NCBI RefSeq assembly: GCF_001194135.2
Contig: NC_068982.1
Location: 178,076,212-178,140,211 of the forward strand
Reading direction: 5' to 3'
Origin: Octopus bimaculoides
Lineage: Eukaryota
DNA: 64,000 nt
Below are positions 63,213-64,000 of the stretch, in pieces. The position numbers and the translations under genes are program-made. The number at the start of each line of letters is the position of its first letter. The stretch's first letter is position 1. The notes under the pieces were generated by a model. The model had not been told where the DNA came from. It searched no databases and saw only the letters and a program-made list of their open reading frames with translations.

Positions 63213-63523
63213 ACCCCCTCCAGTCATGAATGACCATAGGATTGCAGCTAGAAAGTTCCCCTCCAAAGAACAAGTTCAGGAAAGGTTGTTTGTGGAAGAC
63301 CAGCCTCCCTTCTCCATGCCACTGATGTTATTCAAAGGAAAGGCAAAGGTCAATACAGCTTGGCAACAATGATGTTGCAACTCATTTCTACAGTGGAGTG
63401 AACTGGAGCAATGTGAAGTAGAGTGTTTTGCTCAAGAACACAACACACACCCCGGTCCGAGAATTGAACTCACTACCTAATGGTTGTGAGCCTGATGCTC
63501 TAACCAGAGCCATGCACCTTCAC
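63213..63523 (-). mobile_element. tRNA-derived SINE (family E)
   Basis: Reverse-complement head GTGAAGGTGCATGGCTCTGGTTAGAGCATCAGG...GAGTTCAATTCTCGG with A/B-box-like motifs. Confidence 0.7.
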
Positions 63524-63565
63524 ATATACATTCATACATATATATATATACATACACACACACAC

Positions 63566-63617
<52 letters not shown>

Positions 63618-64000
63618 NNNNNNNNNNNNNNNNNNNNNNNNNNNNNNNNNNNNNNNNNNNNNNNNNNNNNNNNNNNNNNNNNNNNNNNNNNNNNNNNNNN
63701 NNNNNNNNNNNNNNNNNNNNNNNNNNNNNNNNNNNNNNNNNNNNNNNNNNNNNNNNNNNNNNNNNNNNNNNNNNNNNNNNNNNNNNNNNNNNNNNNNNNN
63801 NNNNNNNNNNNNNNNNNNNNNNNNNNNNNNNNNNNNNNNNNNNNNNNNNNNNNNNNNNNNNNNNNNNNNNNNNNNNNNNNNNNNNNNNNNNNNNNNNNNN
63901 NNNNNNNNNNNNNNNNNNNNNNNNNNNNNNNNNNNNNNNNNNNNNNNNATTTAAAAATTTTTAAAGGCTTAACTGATTTTGCAGGTTCCCCTAATTTTCA

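Overview
Eukaryotic, AT-rich, repeat-dense genomic DNA with four assembly gaps. The repeat families (RTE LINEs with (GAT)n tails, several tRNA-derived SINEs) point to an octopus or other coleoid cephalopod; this is an inference. Two protein-coding genes are supported, both on the minus strand. (1) A complete 7-coding-exon GHITM/TMBIM5 orthologue (CDS 61227->46486, 1020 nt, 339 aa, all GT-AG junctions in frame). (2) The first coding exon of a GRB2/drk-like SH3 adaptor (32022->31936); I found no further exon, so its intron appears to run off the window start. The rest is introns and intergenic DNA filled with RTE LINE copies, SINEs, MITEs and decayed DNA transposons (piggyBac, mariner, Chapaev-like) plus a CRE-like fragment. 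The most unusual element occurs twice (12002-12521 and 42585-42953). It is a tRNA-headed SINE-like unit whose 3' part carries a minimal type I hammerhead ribozyme motif. It is inserted as a head-to-head inverted dimer with a target-site duplication and a one-sided ~31-33 nt tail, which suggests a Pol III, ribozyme-bearing non-autonomous element mobilised by Penelope-like retroelements. Also notable: a PHD-type C4HC3 finger embedded inside the LINE reverse transcriptase, a fold-back mariner, an 8-copy SINE stack, and inverted SINEs bracketing an in-frame GHITM exon. All alignments and folds were done by eye; none were computed.
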